A DNA stretch of 64,000 bases from a virus. Position 1 is the stretch's first letter; each line of letters begins with the position of its first letter. Made by a program: the position numbers and the translations under genes. Under the pieces are notes generated by a model. It was not told where the DNA came from, made no database searches, and was given only the letters and a program-made list of their open reading frames with translations. Below are positions 26,372 through 35,377 of this stretch, one piece after another. The stretch lies in the IMG/VR virus record IMGVR_UViG_3300009506_000019, positions 1 to 64,000 of that record; one strand, 5' to 3'.

Positions 26372-27736
26372 ATGATTATCACCAACCTAGATGCATGGGA
26401 TCGCCGCGAATTCCTCGATTGCATGCAGTACGACCAGAAGCTGAAAGATGTCGAAATCGACGGGAGCAAGCGACAGCCCAACTTCGCAGAATTCATGATC
26501 GATATCTTTGGTGGGCTTTACAAGTACGAGCCCAAGCTGCGTGAAGAGGATCAGAAAATCGCTGGCACGGAGTGGATGGACGAGATCTACAATGAGATCT
26601 CCCAGCTCCAAGAATGGAAGACGCTACGCGAGCGCACGCGCATGAACGGTGGTGCCTCGGCCGAAGCCACGGCTGAGTTTTGTCTCCAATTCATGGACCA
26701 GGTGCCAAAGCCACCAAAAAAGAATCAGCAGCAGCAACCACAACCACAGCAACAAGGACAGCCGCAGCAAGGCGGTGGTGCTGGCAACCAGCCCAAGCCA
26801 CCAGGGCTCGACATGTCCAAGATTCGCCAAGCTGCACGCAATGCATGCAAAAAGGCGACCGAGGCAGCAGACCGACACAACAGCATGATGTCTGCTTTCG
26901 GTCAGGGCAATGAAACAGGCATTCGACAAACTACCGCTCCTGGTCTGAAGAAGCAGCTGGCCGAAAAGCTCGTTAACAACGAGCACCTTCGCAAGATTGC
27001 AGAACTGGCCGGTCGTATGAAGAGACTCGCCATCCAAAAGCAGAAATCCAAGACTCGGTATGGGACCGATGAAATCGCCAACATCACAGTGGGCGACGAA
27101 TTGTCTCGTCTCGTGCCATCAGAGATTGCCAAACTCTCACATCCCGTCCTGAAGAAGGACTTCTTCAAGCGATACCTGGAAAAGAGCCTGCTCCAGTATC
27201 AACTACGCGGACGCGAGAAAGAAGGACGCGGACCGCTCATCGTCTGCATCGACGAATCCGGCACCATGAGTGGACAACGGGACATCTGGGCCAAAGCCGT
27301 AGCTATGGCTCTACTCCACATCGCACAGCGTCAGAAGCGCCGCTATTTCATGATCCATTATGACTCCAATGTGACCAGGACCGACGAGTTTTTTGGAACT
27401 GCCGATCCTCTGGAGATCATTGACGCAATTTCCCACTACACTGCTGGTGGAACCGAATTTGAAGAGCCACTGAACATGGCGCTTCAGATGATCAACAAGG
27501 GAAAGGAAACCGGATACAAGAAAGCCGACATCGTATTCATCACAGATGGACAAGCTACCGTATCAGACCAATTCCTACAGATCTTCAACATGGGAAAGAA
27601 GGTAGCCAACTTCCAGGTTATCGGCGTGGCCATTGATTGCCGCGATGTGGAGACACTCAAGAAGTTCTCCGATCAGCTGATTCACGTTTGGGGTGGACGC
27701 GACGATGAAGCCCTGAACATCATGTTCGACGTATAG
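26372..27736 (+). CDS. VWA domain protein (ViaA/CoxE-like partner of the AAA ATPase)
   Basis: MIDAS-like DESGT, GGT.F..PL, DIVFITDG; GDELSRLVPSE; Gln-rich linker. Confidence 0.9.
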   Translation: MIITNLDAWDRREFLDCMQYDQKLKDVEIDGSKRQPNFAEFMIDIFGGLYKYEPKLREEDQKIAGTEWMDEIYNEISQLQEWKTLRERTRMNGGASAEATAEFCLQFMDQVPKPPKKNQQQQPQPQQQGQPQQGGGAGNQPKPPGLDMSKIRQAARNACKKATEAADRHNSMMSAFGQGNETGIRQTTAPGLKKQLAEKLVNNEHLRKIAELAGRMKRLAIQKQKSKTRYGTDEIANITVGDELSRLVPSEIAKLSHPVLKKDFFKRYLEKSLLQYQLRGREKEGRGPLIVCIDESGTMSGQRDIWAKAVAMALLHIAQRQKRRYFMIHYDSNVTRTDEFFGTADPLEIIDAISHYTAGGTEFEEPLNMALQMINKGKETGYKKADIVFITDGQATVSDQFLQIFNMGKKVANFQVIGVAIDCRDVETLKKFSDQLIHVWGGRDDEALNIMFDV

Positions 27737-27745
27737 GGGAACCCC

Positions 27746-29602
27746 ATGACCAAAGATTTGGAACAAAAGTTGCAACAGGCTCGAGAAGCGTATTACAAAG
27801 ACGGCACCTCTCCATTGACGGATGCCGAGTATGATGCTCTCGAGGATGAGCTTCGTGCCGTAGATCCAGACAATCCACTACTCAAAGAGGTTGGAGCCGA
27901 CACCGACAGTGGCTGGTCCAAGGCCAGACATGAGATTCCGATGGGATCTCTCAACAAGGTGCAAAACAAAGACCAGTACAATTCCTGGTTGAAGAGCGTA
28001 GGACTCAATGTAGGAGAATTCGGTGTTGGAATCCTTTTCATCAGCGAGAAGCTAGACGGTAGCTCTATCGCTGTACAGTACGTGGATGGCGTCTACACCA
28101 AAGCCATCACACGTGGCGATGGGGAAGAAGGGGAAGACATCACACCCAATGTCGCCAAGATGAAAAATGTGCCACCGAATCTCCCAATCAAATGGACTGG
28201 TTGGCTACGTGGTGAGATCCTTCTATTCAAGGAGGATTGGCAACAGCACATGAGCGATAAGAAGAACCCACGCAACGCAGCTGCTGGCACAGCAAAACGC
28301 CACGATGGCGAAGGCTGTGAACATCTCACCGTCTTGTACTACGACATGACGGATTCTGGTACGTACACCAGCGACAAACTCATGGCAAAACATGGGATGC
28401 TCGAATTCATCGAAAATGCTCTGGGTCTACGCACAGCCAACCATGTTGGACCAGTCATCCCAAATGAAATACCAGGCATTGTTGAGTCATGGGAGCAGAA
28501 TAGGGAGGAGATTCCATACGAAATCGATGGAATGGTCATTGAAATCAACGCCCGCAACATGTTCGAGATGATGGGTGAAACAGACAACCGACCGAAGGGG
28601 GCGGTAGCTTACAAGTTCAAGCCCATCCAAAAGACAACCAAGGTACGAGACATCACGTGGCAGGTAGGACGCACAGGACGTGTTACGCCTGTGGCTGAAC
28701 TGGAGCCAGTAGACATTGGTGGTGTGACAATTTCACGCGCCTCGCTTCACACCGCACGGATGGCACTGGACAGCAACGCTGGTCCCGGTGCCTTGGTTGT
28801 TATCTCACGCAGGAATGATGTAATTCCATACGTGGAGAATGTCATTCAGGGAGCAAAGGTTCAACCACCCAAGTTCCCATGCGATTGGGATGGAGAGTAT
28901 CTCGTTGTTCGCGAAATGGACGATAAGACCGAGCTTTACAACTCCATCAAAACTTGGGTACAACGTCTCCGCATCCTCCATTGGGGCGACGCACTCATCA
29001 AGCTCATCATCGATTATGAGCTGGCTTCCTCCCTTCCGGATTTGTATAGCCTGGATTGGAACTTCTTGGGTGACCTTGCTGGTCAAGGTGTTGCGAAGCG
29101 TGCCAAGAAATCTCTCGAGGACAAGGGGCAAGACATTCCGTTCGCAGACTTCATCTCGGCTTTGAACATCAGATTCCTGGACACAAAGTCCAAGAATTTG
29201 GTAGCCATCGGCATCGATACTCCCGAGAAGCTCCTGGCTGCTACTGTAGACCAGCTCACAACAGCGGAAGGCATCGGCGACACCAAAGCTGTTGAGATCC
29301 GGAAGAGCCTCGACAAACTCAAACCAGTTATCGAACGGATGGGAAAGATTATATCTTTCGAAGAGAAGAGTGGCCCATTGGCTGGCCTCTCATTCTGCTT
29401 CACTGGAGCTATGAGCAGGCCACGGAAAGAACTGGAAAACATGGCACTCGACGCTGGTGCTGAAGTCAAAAAGTCCGTATCTGCTGGGCTCACCCATCTG
29501 GTCATGGCCAATCCAGACTCCACCACAACCAAGGCACAGAAGGCACGGAAGCTTGGCACCAAGTGCATCAGTGAGGCCGAGTTTAAGGGGATGTTCTCAT
29601 AA
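27746..29602 (+). CDS. ligA: NAD-dependent DNA ligase
   Basis: D.EYD, SEKLDG, TRGDG, LRGEI, NPRNAAAG, QVGRTG, C-terminal BRCT. Confidence 0.95.
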   Translation: MTKDLEQKLQQAREAYYKDGTSPLTDAEYDALEDELRAVDPDNPLLKEVGADTDSGWSKARHEIPMGSLNKVQNKDQYNSWLKSVGLNVGEFGVGILFISEKLDGSSIAVQYVDGVYTKAITRGDGEEGEDITPNVAKMKNVPPNLPIKWTGWLRGEILLFKEDWQQHMSDKKNPRNAAAGTAKRHDGEGCEHLTVLYYDMTDSGTYTSDKLMAKHGMLEFIENALGLRTANHVGPVIPNEIPGIVESWEQNREEIPYEIDGMVIEINARNMFEMMGETDNRPKGAVAYKFKPIQKTTKVRDITWQVGRTGRVTPVAELEPVDIGGVTISRASLHTARMALDSNAGPGALVVISRRNDVIPYVENVIQGAKVQPPKFPCDWDGEYLVVREMDDKTELYNSIKTWVQRLRILHWGDALIKLIIDYELASSLPDLYSLDWNFLGDLAGQGVAKRAKKSLEDKGQDIPFADFISALNIRFLDTKSKNLVAIGIDTPEKLLAATVDQLTTAEGIGDTKAVEIRKSLDKLKPVIERMGKIISFEEKSGPLAGLSFCFTGAMSRPRKELENMALDAGAEVKKSVSAGLTHLVMANPDSTTTKAQKARKLGTKCISEAEFKGMFS

Positions 29603-29925
29603 TGCAATACATCGGCGCGTTCGTACAAATGCTCCCATCAGGTCGCGGATACAAGGCGTACCTATGGGGGCAACCAGACCTGCACATCATGGATTGGAAC
29701 GGTGCAAACTATCGACGCGCCACAATTCCAGGCCAACCACTTTTCGGATTTCAAACACCTGAGAAGGCAATTAACTTCGTACTGGCAAACTACCAAACCG
29801 AAGCTGATTTGAAGAAATACGCCGAGAAGTGTGGTGATGGAGCCTTTCTCACAGACGAATTTATAACCGATTCACACGAGGTCAGGTGGGATGGGAAGAA
29901 AAAAGCAACCAAGGTATGTGATTAG
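29602..29925 (+). CDS. hypothetical protein
   Basis: TAATG coupling. Confidence 0.6.
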   Translation: MQYIGAFVQMLPSGRGYKAYLWGQPDLHIMDWNGANYRRATIPGQPLFGFQTPEKAINFVLANYQTEADLKKYAEKCGDGAFLTDEFITDSHEVRWDGKKKATKVCD

Positions 29926-30124
29926 GTGGAGCCACAACTGTTACTACCATCCACGCAAACAGATGCTGCTTGGAGAGCAAGGCAAGAAGCTTGCAAGACG
30001 CTACACGCGTGGAGAAGCAGAAAGGGTCATCAAAAATTGGGGCAGTAATTGGCCCAACGCAAAGATTGAAGAGGTAGATGATGGACGACAATCAGTGGAA
30101 GGCGAAGATTCAGGCAATAACTGA
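29891..30124 (+). CDS. hypothetical protein
   Basis: ORF in operon; overlaps both neighbours. Confidence 0.45.
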   Translation: MGRKKQPRYVIRWSHNCYYHPRKQMLLGEQGKKLARRYTRGEAERVIKNWGSNWPNAKIEEVDDGRQSVEGEDSGNN

Positions 30125-30461
30125 CCCTGTTGTCCTTCTGAGGGAAATTGTTATAGCTGTTGACGATGGCTACTTTGGCCACGACCCATACTATAAAGAC
30201 ATAAAGGAAGTATACATGAACAAGGCAATAGAATTGTCTGGTGGAGAGCTGACGATCTGTATGGAACGTCTTTTGAACGATATTGATTGTTCAGGTGACG
30301 GCCACGTACAGATGGTGAATTACAACAAAGCCACAATTCAGGGCCTTCTTGATCGTGGGCTTATCACCCTACTCATGCACCGAAAACACGGCCCACATGA
30401 TGGTAAGGTTATCCGCCGTCGCAGAAACAAGGAATATCAAAACCCACAACTCAACAGGTGA
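30078..30461 (+). CDS. hypothetical protein
   Basis: GAGG RBS. Confidence 0.65.
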   Translation: MMDDNQWKAKIQAITDPVVLLREIVIAVDDGYFGHDPYYKDIKEVYMNKAIELSGGELTICMERLLNDIDCSGDGHVQMVNYNKATIQGLLDRGLITLLMHRKHGPHDGKVIRRRRNKEYQNPQLNR

Positions 30462-30464
30462 CAT

Positions 30465-30797
30465 ATGGCAGACAAAAACGAAACCTATAGCGTGCCAGGA
30501 CAGTTGGCTGTCGCCTTGCAGAGTGGACGTGGACAATTCGTCCAGCTCTACATGGCTGAAATCGACAAAGGCATCGAAATTCCAAGAGAACAACTCAAGG
30601 AAATCGTGCGCCTTGTTGGTGACATGATCGAAGACAACCGCCAACTTCGACACGAGAACCAAGTGCTGCGTAGCCTCATCAGCGACACCAAGGTGGAGCT
30701 GAAAGAACAACTCGATCACATCGAGTTCGCAAGGAACGAAGCACGCAAGACATTGCGTGAGATGCAGCAACAAATCGACGAACTGGACGAAGACTGA
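30465..30797 (+). CDS. coiled-coil protein
   Basis: heptad-rich C-terminus. Confidence 0.7.
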   Translation: MADKNETYSVPGQLAVALQSGRGQFVQLYMAEIDKGIEIPREQLKEIVRLVGDMIEDNRQLRHENQVLRSLISDTKVELKEQLDHIEFARNEARKTLREMQQQIDELDED

Positions 30798-31273
30798 TGC
30801 CAAGACGATATGCGCAAAACACAGCCACGCCAATCGCACGTAGCCGTGGAGAGATCACCAAACTTCTCCAAGATTGGGGTGCGACGGCTATTCAATGGAC
30901 CGACGAATTCGAAGCGGACAAGTGTACGCTCCGGTTCATGTGGAAGCATGATGACACGGAGTACCTTGCACGCATCTCTATTGGCCTTCCTGGTCGAGAT
31001 GAGCTTGAAGAGGAAGCCTGGCACGGTGGCTTGAAACGTGTACATGAGGGGAAGCTCAAGAAACTCATGTCTGGACGTGGAAAACAAGAACATCGACTCT
31101 TGCTCCTGTGGATCAAAGCCGCACTAAACGCGGTAGATGCAGGCATGGTTTCTGCCGAAGCCATCTTCCTTCCATTCTTTGAAGACCAACAGGGCAACAC
31201 TGTAGCCGAAATTGCTGTTCCCAAGTTGGCCAAGTTGCGGTCTGGGTCCGCAATGAAACTGCTGACATCATGA
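30797..31273 (+). CDS. conserved phage hypothetical protein
   Basis: RYA..T.......RSR.EI...L..WGA; R.L.L.IKA.L.AV..G.......FLP. Confidence 0.75.
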   Translation: MPRRYAQNTATPIARSRGEITKLLQDWGATAIQWTDEFEADKCTLRFMWKHDDTEYLARISIGLPGRDELEEEAWHGGLKRVHEGKLKKLMSGRGKQEHRLLLLWIKAALNAVDAGMVSAEAIFLPFFEDQQGNTVAEIAVPKLAKLRSGSAMKLLTS

Positions 31274-31464
31274 AGTGGAAGATGCTGCCACGAGGATACA
31301 ACAGACGTTGTGTTGCTCTGGACAGTGACGGCAAACGCTGCAGAAAGAAAGCCACCTGGAAAGGCGAATACCACGGTGATGGCGAAATCTACACGTATTT
31401 CGACAACGCGCCACAGTGGGTCCAGGTAGAAATGTGTAACGAACACGCGAGCAAGTGTAAATGA
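31270..31464 (+). CDS. small Cys/His protein
   Basis: RC......GKRC...C.EH. Confidence 0.6.
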   Translation: MKWKMLPRGYNRRCVALDSDGKRCRKKATWKGEYHGDGEIYTYFDNAPQWVQVEMCNEHASKCK

Positions 31465-31640
31465 GTCAATTCGAAAACAAACTTGAGGTTGAAAAAATCG
31501 AAGACGGACAGTGTTTCTCTTGCAACAGAGAAGGACGAGTCACCCGCATTCGAACCAAAAACACCAACTACTCTATGAGATCCATGTGTCTGTGCTACAA
31601 ATGCCTGGCGTGGTTGAAGGGGAAACTACGTGGCTTTTGA
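31461..31640 (+). CDS. small zinc-finger protein (not in the ORF track)
   Basis: ATGA coupling; CFSC...CYKC. Confidence 0.55.
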   Translation: MSQFENKLEVEKIEDGQCFSCNREGRVTRIRTKNTNYSMRSMCLCYKCLAWLKGKLRGF

Positions 31641-31657
31641 TGGTACGGGTTATGCAT
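31641..31657 (+). promoter_or_regulatory. sigma54-type promoter TGGTACGGGTTATGCAT
   Basis: GG-N10-GC, about 15 nt before the helicase ATG. Confidence 0.7.
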
Positions 31658-31671
31658 CTTTTTATGGTAGT

Positions 31672-33180
31672 ATGAAGTATCAGCTAAGACCATACCAACA
31701 AGAGGCGGTAGAACGCTTACGAGATTCGTACCGTAACCGCAACCAGCGTGTGGTTCTAGTCTCACCAACTGGATCTGGCAAGACCGTTATCGCATCAAAC
31801 ATCATTGAACGGGCCACCATGAAAAACGGTGGTCGCGTGCTCTTCATAGCTCATCGCCGAGAGATTATCGATCAGACCAGCAAAAAGCTGGCTGAAATCG
31901 GTATACCACATGGCGTCATGATGGGTGATGATGGTCGAAGAGACCCTAATGCACCTGTCCAAGTGGCCAGCATCCAGACTCTAATTCGGCGAGAGCTTCC
32001 ACCTACCGACTTCATCATCATAGACGAGTGCCATCTGTCTCTGGCCGTATCATACCAGAAGGTAATGTGCCACTATGAGGACACACCAATCCTGGGTCTG
32101 ACGGCCACTCCGTGGCGCACGGACGGCCAGGGGCTTGGCCGGATTTATGAAGACATGGTGATGGTGTCCCAGGTAAAGGAACTGGTCAGAAAAGGCTACC
32201 TTCTTGCCCCGGAGATCTTTGCCCCGTTTCGTCCCGATCTGTCCAGTGTTAGGATAAAACTCGGTGACTACGTAGCATCGGACCTATCCATGGTCATGAA
32301 TAAGAGTCACCTGATTGGTAGCATCGTCACTCACTGGAAAAAATATGCACAAGGTATGGCTACTGTTGCATTTGCAGCATCACGGAAGCACAGCAAGCAC
32401 ATAGTACAGAATTTCCTTGACGCTGGAATTCCAGCTGCACATCTAGACCATGCTACCCCCAAAGACGAACGCGAGTCTATTCTACAACAATTGGCTGTTG
32501 GAAGTCTAAAGGTAGTATCCAACGTTGGCATTCTAACTGAAGGGTGGGATCTTCCACAGCTTGAATGCCTCATTATGGCAAGACCAACAATGTCAGAGAC
32601 GCTCTACCTACAAATGGTGGGGCGTGTGATGCGCACCATAGAAGGTAAAACTAGAGCTTTGGTGCTAGACCATGCTGGTTGCTTCTTCAGACACAACTCA
32701 CCCATCGTCGATCGTGATTACTCACTCGATGATAGGGTACAAGAACGCAAAGGTAAAAAATTCGGCAAAAGACACATCAAAATCTGCCCAGACTGTCACC
32801 GTGTCTGTGCAGCTAATAATGTTACGTGTCCTGTGTGTGGATTCAATTTCGATGCAGGGAGAGTCCCAGAAGAAATACCTGGCCAACTGGTTAGGATCAG
32901 AGAAGAATATGTGCCATCATGCAAAAATTGTGGCCAACAATCACTACGACGAGCAAATAGAGGCTACATATCAGAAAACGCAATAGAATATAGATGCGCG
33001 GCGTGTAGAATGCCAAATATTCTGGCCACCACCAAATTGCGAGACCTAGATCAGGCACAACGACACAGGGAATTTTGGAAGTTGAAAACATACGGAATTA
33101 GCAAAGGATACAAGCCGCAGTGGGCCGAATTCAGCTACACAGAACTGTTCGGCATAACACCAAAACAGGACAACTTCTAA
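31672..33180 (+). CDS. SF2 DEAD/DEAH helicase (RadD/YejH-like) with C-terminal zinc ribbons
   Basis: LRPYQ, PTGSGKT, IIDECH, GLTATP, LTEGWD, QMVGRVMR, CPDC..CPVCG. Confidence 0.93.
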   Translation: MKYQLRPYQQEAVERLRDSYRNRNQRVVLVSPTGSGKTVIASNIIERATMKNGGRVLFIAHRREIIDQTSKKLAEIGIPHGVMMGDDGRRDPNAPVQVASIQTLIRRELPPTDFIIIDECHLSLAVSYQKVMCHYEDTPILGLTATPWRTDGQGLGRIYEDMVMVSQVKELVRKGYLLAPEIFAPFRPDLSSVRIKLGDYVASDLSMVMNKSHLIGSIVTHWKKYAQGMATVAFAASRKHSKHIVQNFLDAGIPAAHLDHATPKDERESILQQLAVGSLKVVSNVGILTEGWDLPQLECLIMARPTMSETLYLQMVGRVMRTIEGKTRALVLDHAGCFFRHNSPIVDRDYSLDDRVQERKGKKFGKRHIKICPDCHRVCAANNVTCPVCGFNFDAGRVPEEIPGQLVRIREEYVPSCKNCGQQSLRRANRGYISENAIEYRCAACRMPNILATTKLRDLDQAQRHREFWKLKTYGISKGYKPQWAEFSYTELFGITPKQDNF

Positions 33181-33476
33181 TGACAAGACCTATGTACGTG
33201 ATTTGTAAATGCTGTGGAAACAAACGTGGAGTTGCTCCTCAGGAGCAACAGTGCGTCTGTATCTGCACGTCGTGTGGAAAAAGGCCAATACAAGGAACGC
33301 CAATTGAAGCAGATGGACGATGTGAAGATTGTCATCGTCACCCGCCAGGCACGCCATGGAAAGGTGGCACGCTACCCAACGGATGTGAGCTATACGTCAT
33401 GCCGAAAGATTGGAAACCAGGAGATCCAATCAGAACGTCTTCCACGACTGAGACTTCGGAACAGCCTTCAGAATAA
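33180..33476 (+). CDS. Cys-rich hypothetical protein
   Basis: TAATG coupling, multiple CxxC. Confidence 0.5.
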   Translation: MTRPMYVICKCCGNKRGVAPQEQQCVCICTSCGKRPIQGTPIEADGRCEDCHRHPPGTPWKGGTLPNGCELYVMPKDWKPGDPIRTSSTTETSEQPSE

Positions 33477-33630
33477 CCTTCTTTACGTCAAGACTACTTT
33501 CACACTTCGGGCAAGTAGGCTTGCTGTCTGCAGTCTCTTTGAGCGTTTGAATTGCCTCGAATTGATACGGCTCCCCATCATTCTCTTCGAGGCACTTGAT
33601 ACTGCTACATTCGAAATCATACATCGGCAT
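33430..33630 (-). CDS. FmdB-family zinc ribbon protein
   Basis: MPMYDFEC...C...FE........CPKC. Confidence 0.8.
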   Translation of the reverse strand: MPMYDFECSSIKCLEENDGEPYQFEAIQTLKETADSKPTCPKCESSLDVKKVILKAVPKSQSWKTF

Positions 33631-33811
33631 GGTAGATCATCTCCTGAGCTTCAACAACATTGTCATCCAGCTCTTGCTTGTAGCCAACATACTGAGCGTT
33701 TTTGAACACTACGTGCTCACCGTTGTCTGCATAAATCACGTGTAAGTCCATCCCCTCCTGGCCCTTCTCCCACCACATCCTCTGGACGAATCGACTTTCT
33801 GTGTTCGGCAT
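33617..33811 (-). CDS. hypothetical protein
   Basis: AAGGA RBS. Confidence 0.55.
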   Translation of the reverse strand: MPNTESRFVQRMWWEKGQEGMDLHVIYADNGEHVVFKNAQYVGYKQELDDNVVEAQEMIYHADV

Positions 33812-34001
33812 GTATGAGTTCCTTTATGGTATCACTGAACACAGTGTGATTTCGTTTATTCATAATGTCATTCAATTTCTTCTTTGTGTCCAGGTCCAAA
33901 TGAAAGATGAATGTTGTTACATGACCAGCCACGACGGTTTCCAATTCGGATCCGTCGCCTTCTGGTATGTCTCTGCTAGAATCCTGAGGCTCATCTCGCA
34001 T
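33717..34001 (-). CDS. possible ribbon-helix-helix protein
   Basis: TTFIFHLD...KKKL..I.......SDTIKELI; overlaps other ORFs. Confidence 0.35.
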   Translation of the reverse strand: MRDEPQDSSRDIPEGDGSELETVVAGHVTTFIFHLDLDTKKKLNDIMNKRNHTVFSDTIKELIHAEHRKSIRPEDVVGEGPGGDGLTRDLCRQR

Positions 34002-34150
34002 GGGTCTTTGCTCCCCTCACCATCAAACTTCGTCTTGAAGCTCTTGACCCAATGCCTCTCTATCGGATGAAGGGGATCCTTCTCCTCCTGATTCTTCGGT
34101 TCCGTTTGCTCTATCTTCTCCAGGATCTTGCGCTGGCTGGGGGTCAACAT
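33917..34150 (-). CDS. hypothetical protein
   Basis: protein-like sequence, but overlaps the trigger factor 3' end. Confidence 0.4.
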   Translation of the reverse strand: MLTPSQRKILEKIEQTEPKNQEEKDPLHPIERHWVKSFKTKFDGEGSKDPCEMSLRILAETYQKATDPNWKPSWLVM

Positions 34151-35369
34151 ACGTGAAGTTTACCTTTTCATCAATAAGGTGATGCAGAACCTTCTCAGCA
34201 TACCCTTGTTCGTTCCTCTCGTATTGCGGCTTGTCCTTCTCTTCCTCGTCCCACTCAATGCCAAGAAACTCCCCGATTTGTTTGAGCAGCGTATTCTGCT
34301 TTGCTACACGCTTCAACTCTTGCCGCAAGAACGGAGTGTCTTGATGCTTGCCCTTGGCTATCAATTCCCTAGCATGTGCCTCTGCCCACGCATCGGGAAA
34401 ATCCGGATACTTGATGGTTGAGGTTATGTGATCGAGAACCAATGTCTTCTTGGTCTGTTCTTCACGCGACTTGTTGATTCTGTCTGCCGAGTCAAATAAG
34501 CTCTTTTTCCATTCCTCGAGAGAGTCATAGCCAGCAGTTATTGCAAGATCATCATCAACTTCTGGCTCTGTACACCTGTAGACACGATTAACTGTGACAC
34601 GAATTTCGAACTTGGACTTGCCCTCGAAATCTTGCTTGAACGGGCCTGGAATCTCTTCAGGATTGGTGGTTGTGATGGAGAACGTGTTACCAGGAACAGA
34701 ACCGAGAAGCTTCTCATACAAAGAGCGAGGATTAACACCGCCCTCGACCAATCGAATATTGGTCGCCTCGTGACTTCCATGATCGAATTTTTCATCATCC
34801 AGGAAAGCTACAATCATGACCTCTACCATGTCGTCTTCTGCTGCTGGTAGAGTATTCCCCTCGTCATCTTCTTTTATGTGGAGGTATGGATTGATGCGAG
34901 AAAAAGCCATGATTCTGTAGTTAACGTAATCGTCTGGGTTCAGCTTCTGTATATCAAAAGCCATCTCCAGATCTTCTTCCTTGATTTCTGCTTTGGGCTC
35001 CACTGCGGTCTTGAATGTGACTACCCATGACCCATCATCATTCTCGACGGCATCCATGTCGTACGTGTGAATAACCTTGTTTGGAGATTTCTCCAAAATT
35101 TTTGCATTTGCGTAGGTTACAAATGAGGCAGCGTATACAGCTTGTATTCCACCCATTCGCTGCTCAATGAGACCAATAGGAGCTTTCCCCTTCCTGAATC
35201 CATTGATTTTAATGACCTTGCGCTGCGCCTTCATATAATTCGTCTTGATCTTCTTTGCCATCTCATGAGCGACAGTGAAGGTAACATCAAGACCGATGTT
35301 GTCGGTATCAGGAATGGAAACCGCGTCGAGCGTGTATTCTTTGTCCACACTATCGGTGAAACCGCACAT
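34023..35369 (-). CDS. tig: trigger factor-like chaperone
   Basis: ribosome-binding signature NGFRKGKAP, FKBP-like middle region, PEVDDDLA. Confidence 0.85.
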   Translation of the reverse strand: MCGFTDSVDKEYTLDAVSIPDTDNIGLDVTFTVAHEMAKKIKTNYMKAQRKVIKINGFRKGKAPIGLIEQRMGGIQAVYAASFVTYANAKILEKSPNKVIHTYDMDAVENDDGSWVVTFKTAVEPKAEIKEEDLEMAFDIQKLNPDDYVNYRIMAFSRINPYLHIKEDDEGNTLPAAEDDMVEVMIVAFLDDEKFDHGSHEATNIRLVEGGVNPRSLYEKLLGSVPGNTFSITTTNPEEIPGPFKQDFEGKSKFEIRVTVNRVYRCTEPEVDDDLAITAGYDSLEEWKKSLFDSADRINKSREEQTKKTLVLDHITSTIKYPDFPDAWAEAHARELIAKGKHQDTPFLRQELKRVAKQNTLLKQIGEFLGIEWDEEEKDKPQYERNEQGYAEKVLHHLIDEKVNFTYVDPQPAQDPGEDRANGTEESGGEGSPSSDREALGQELQDEV

Positions 35370-35377
35370 GATGTCTC

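Noticed and set aside
26722-26785. CAG/CAA-rich tract as a contingency repeat
   Set aside because: imperfect in-frame Gln/Pro linker within the VWA protein
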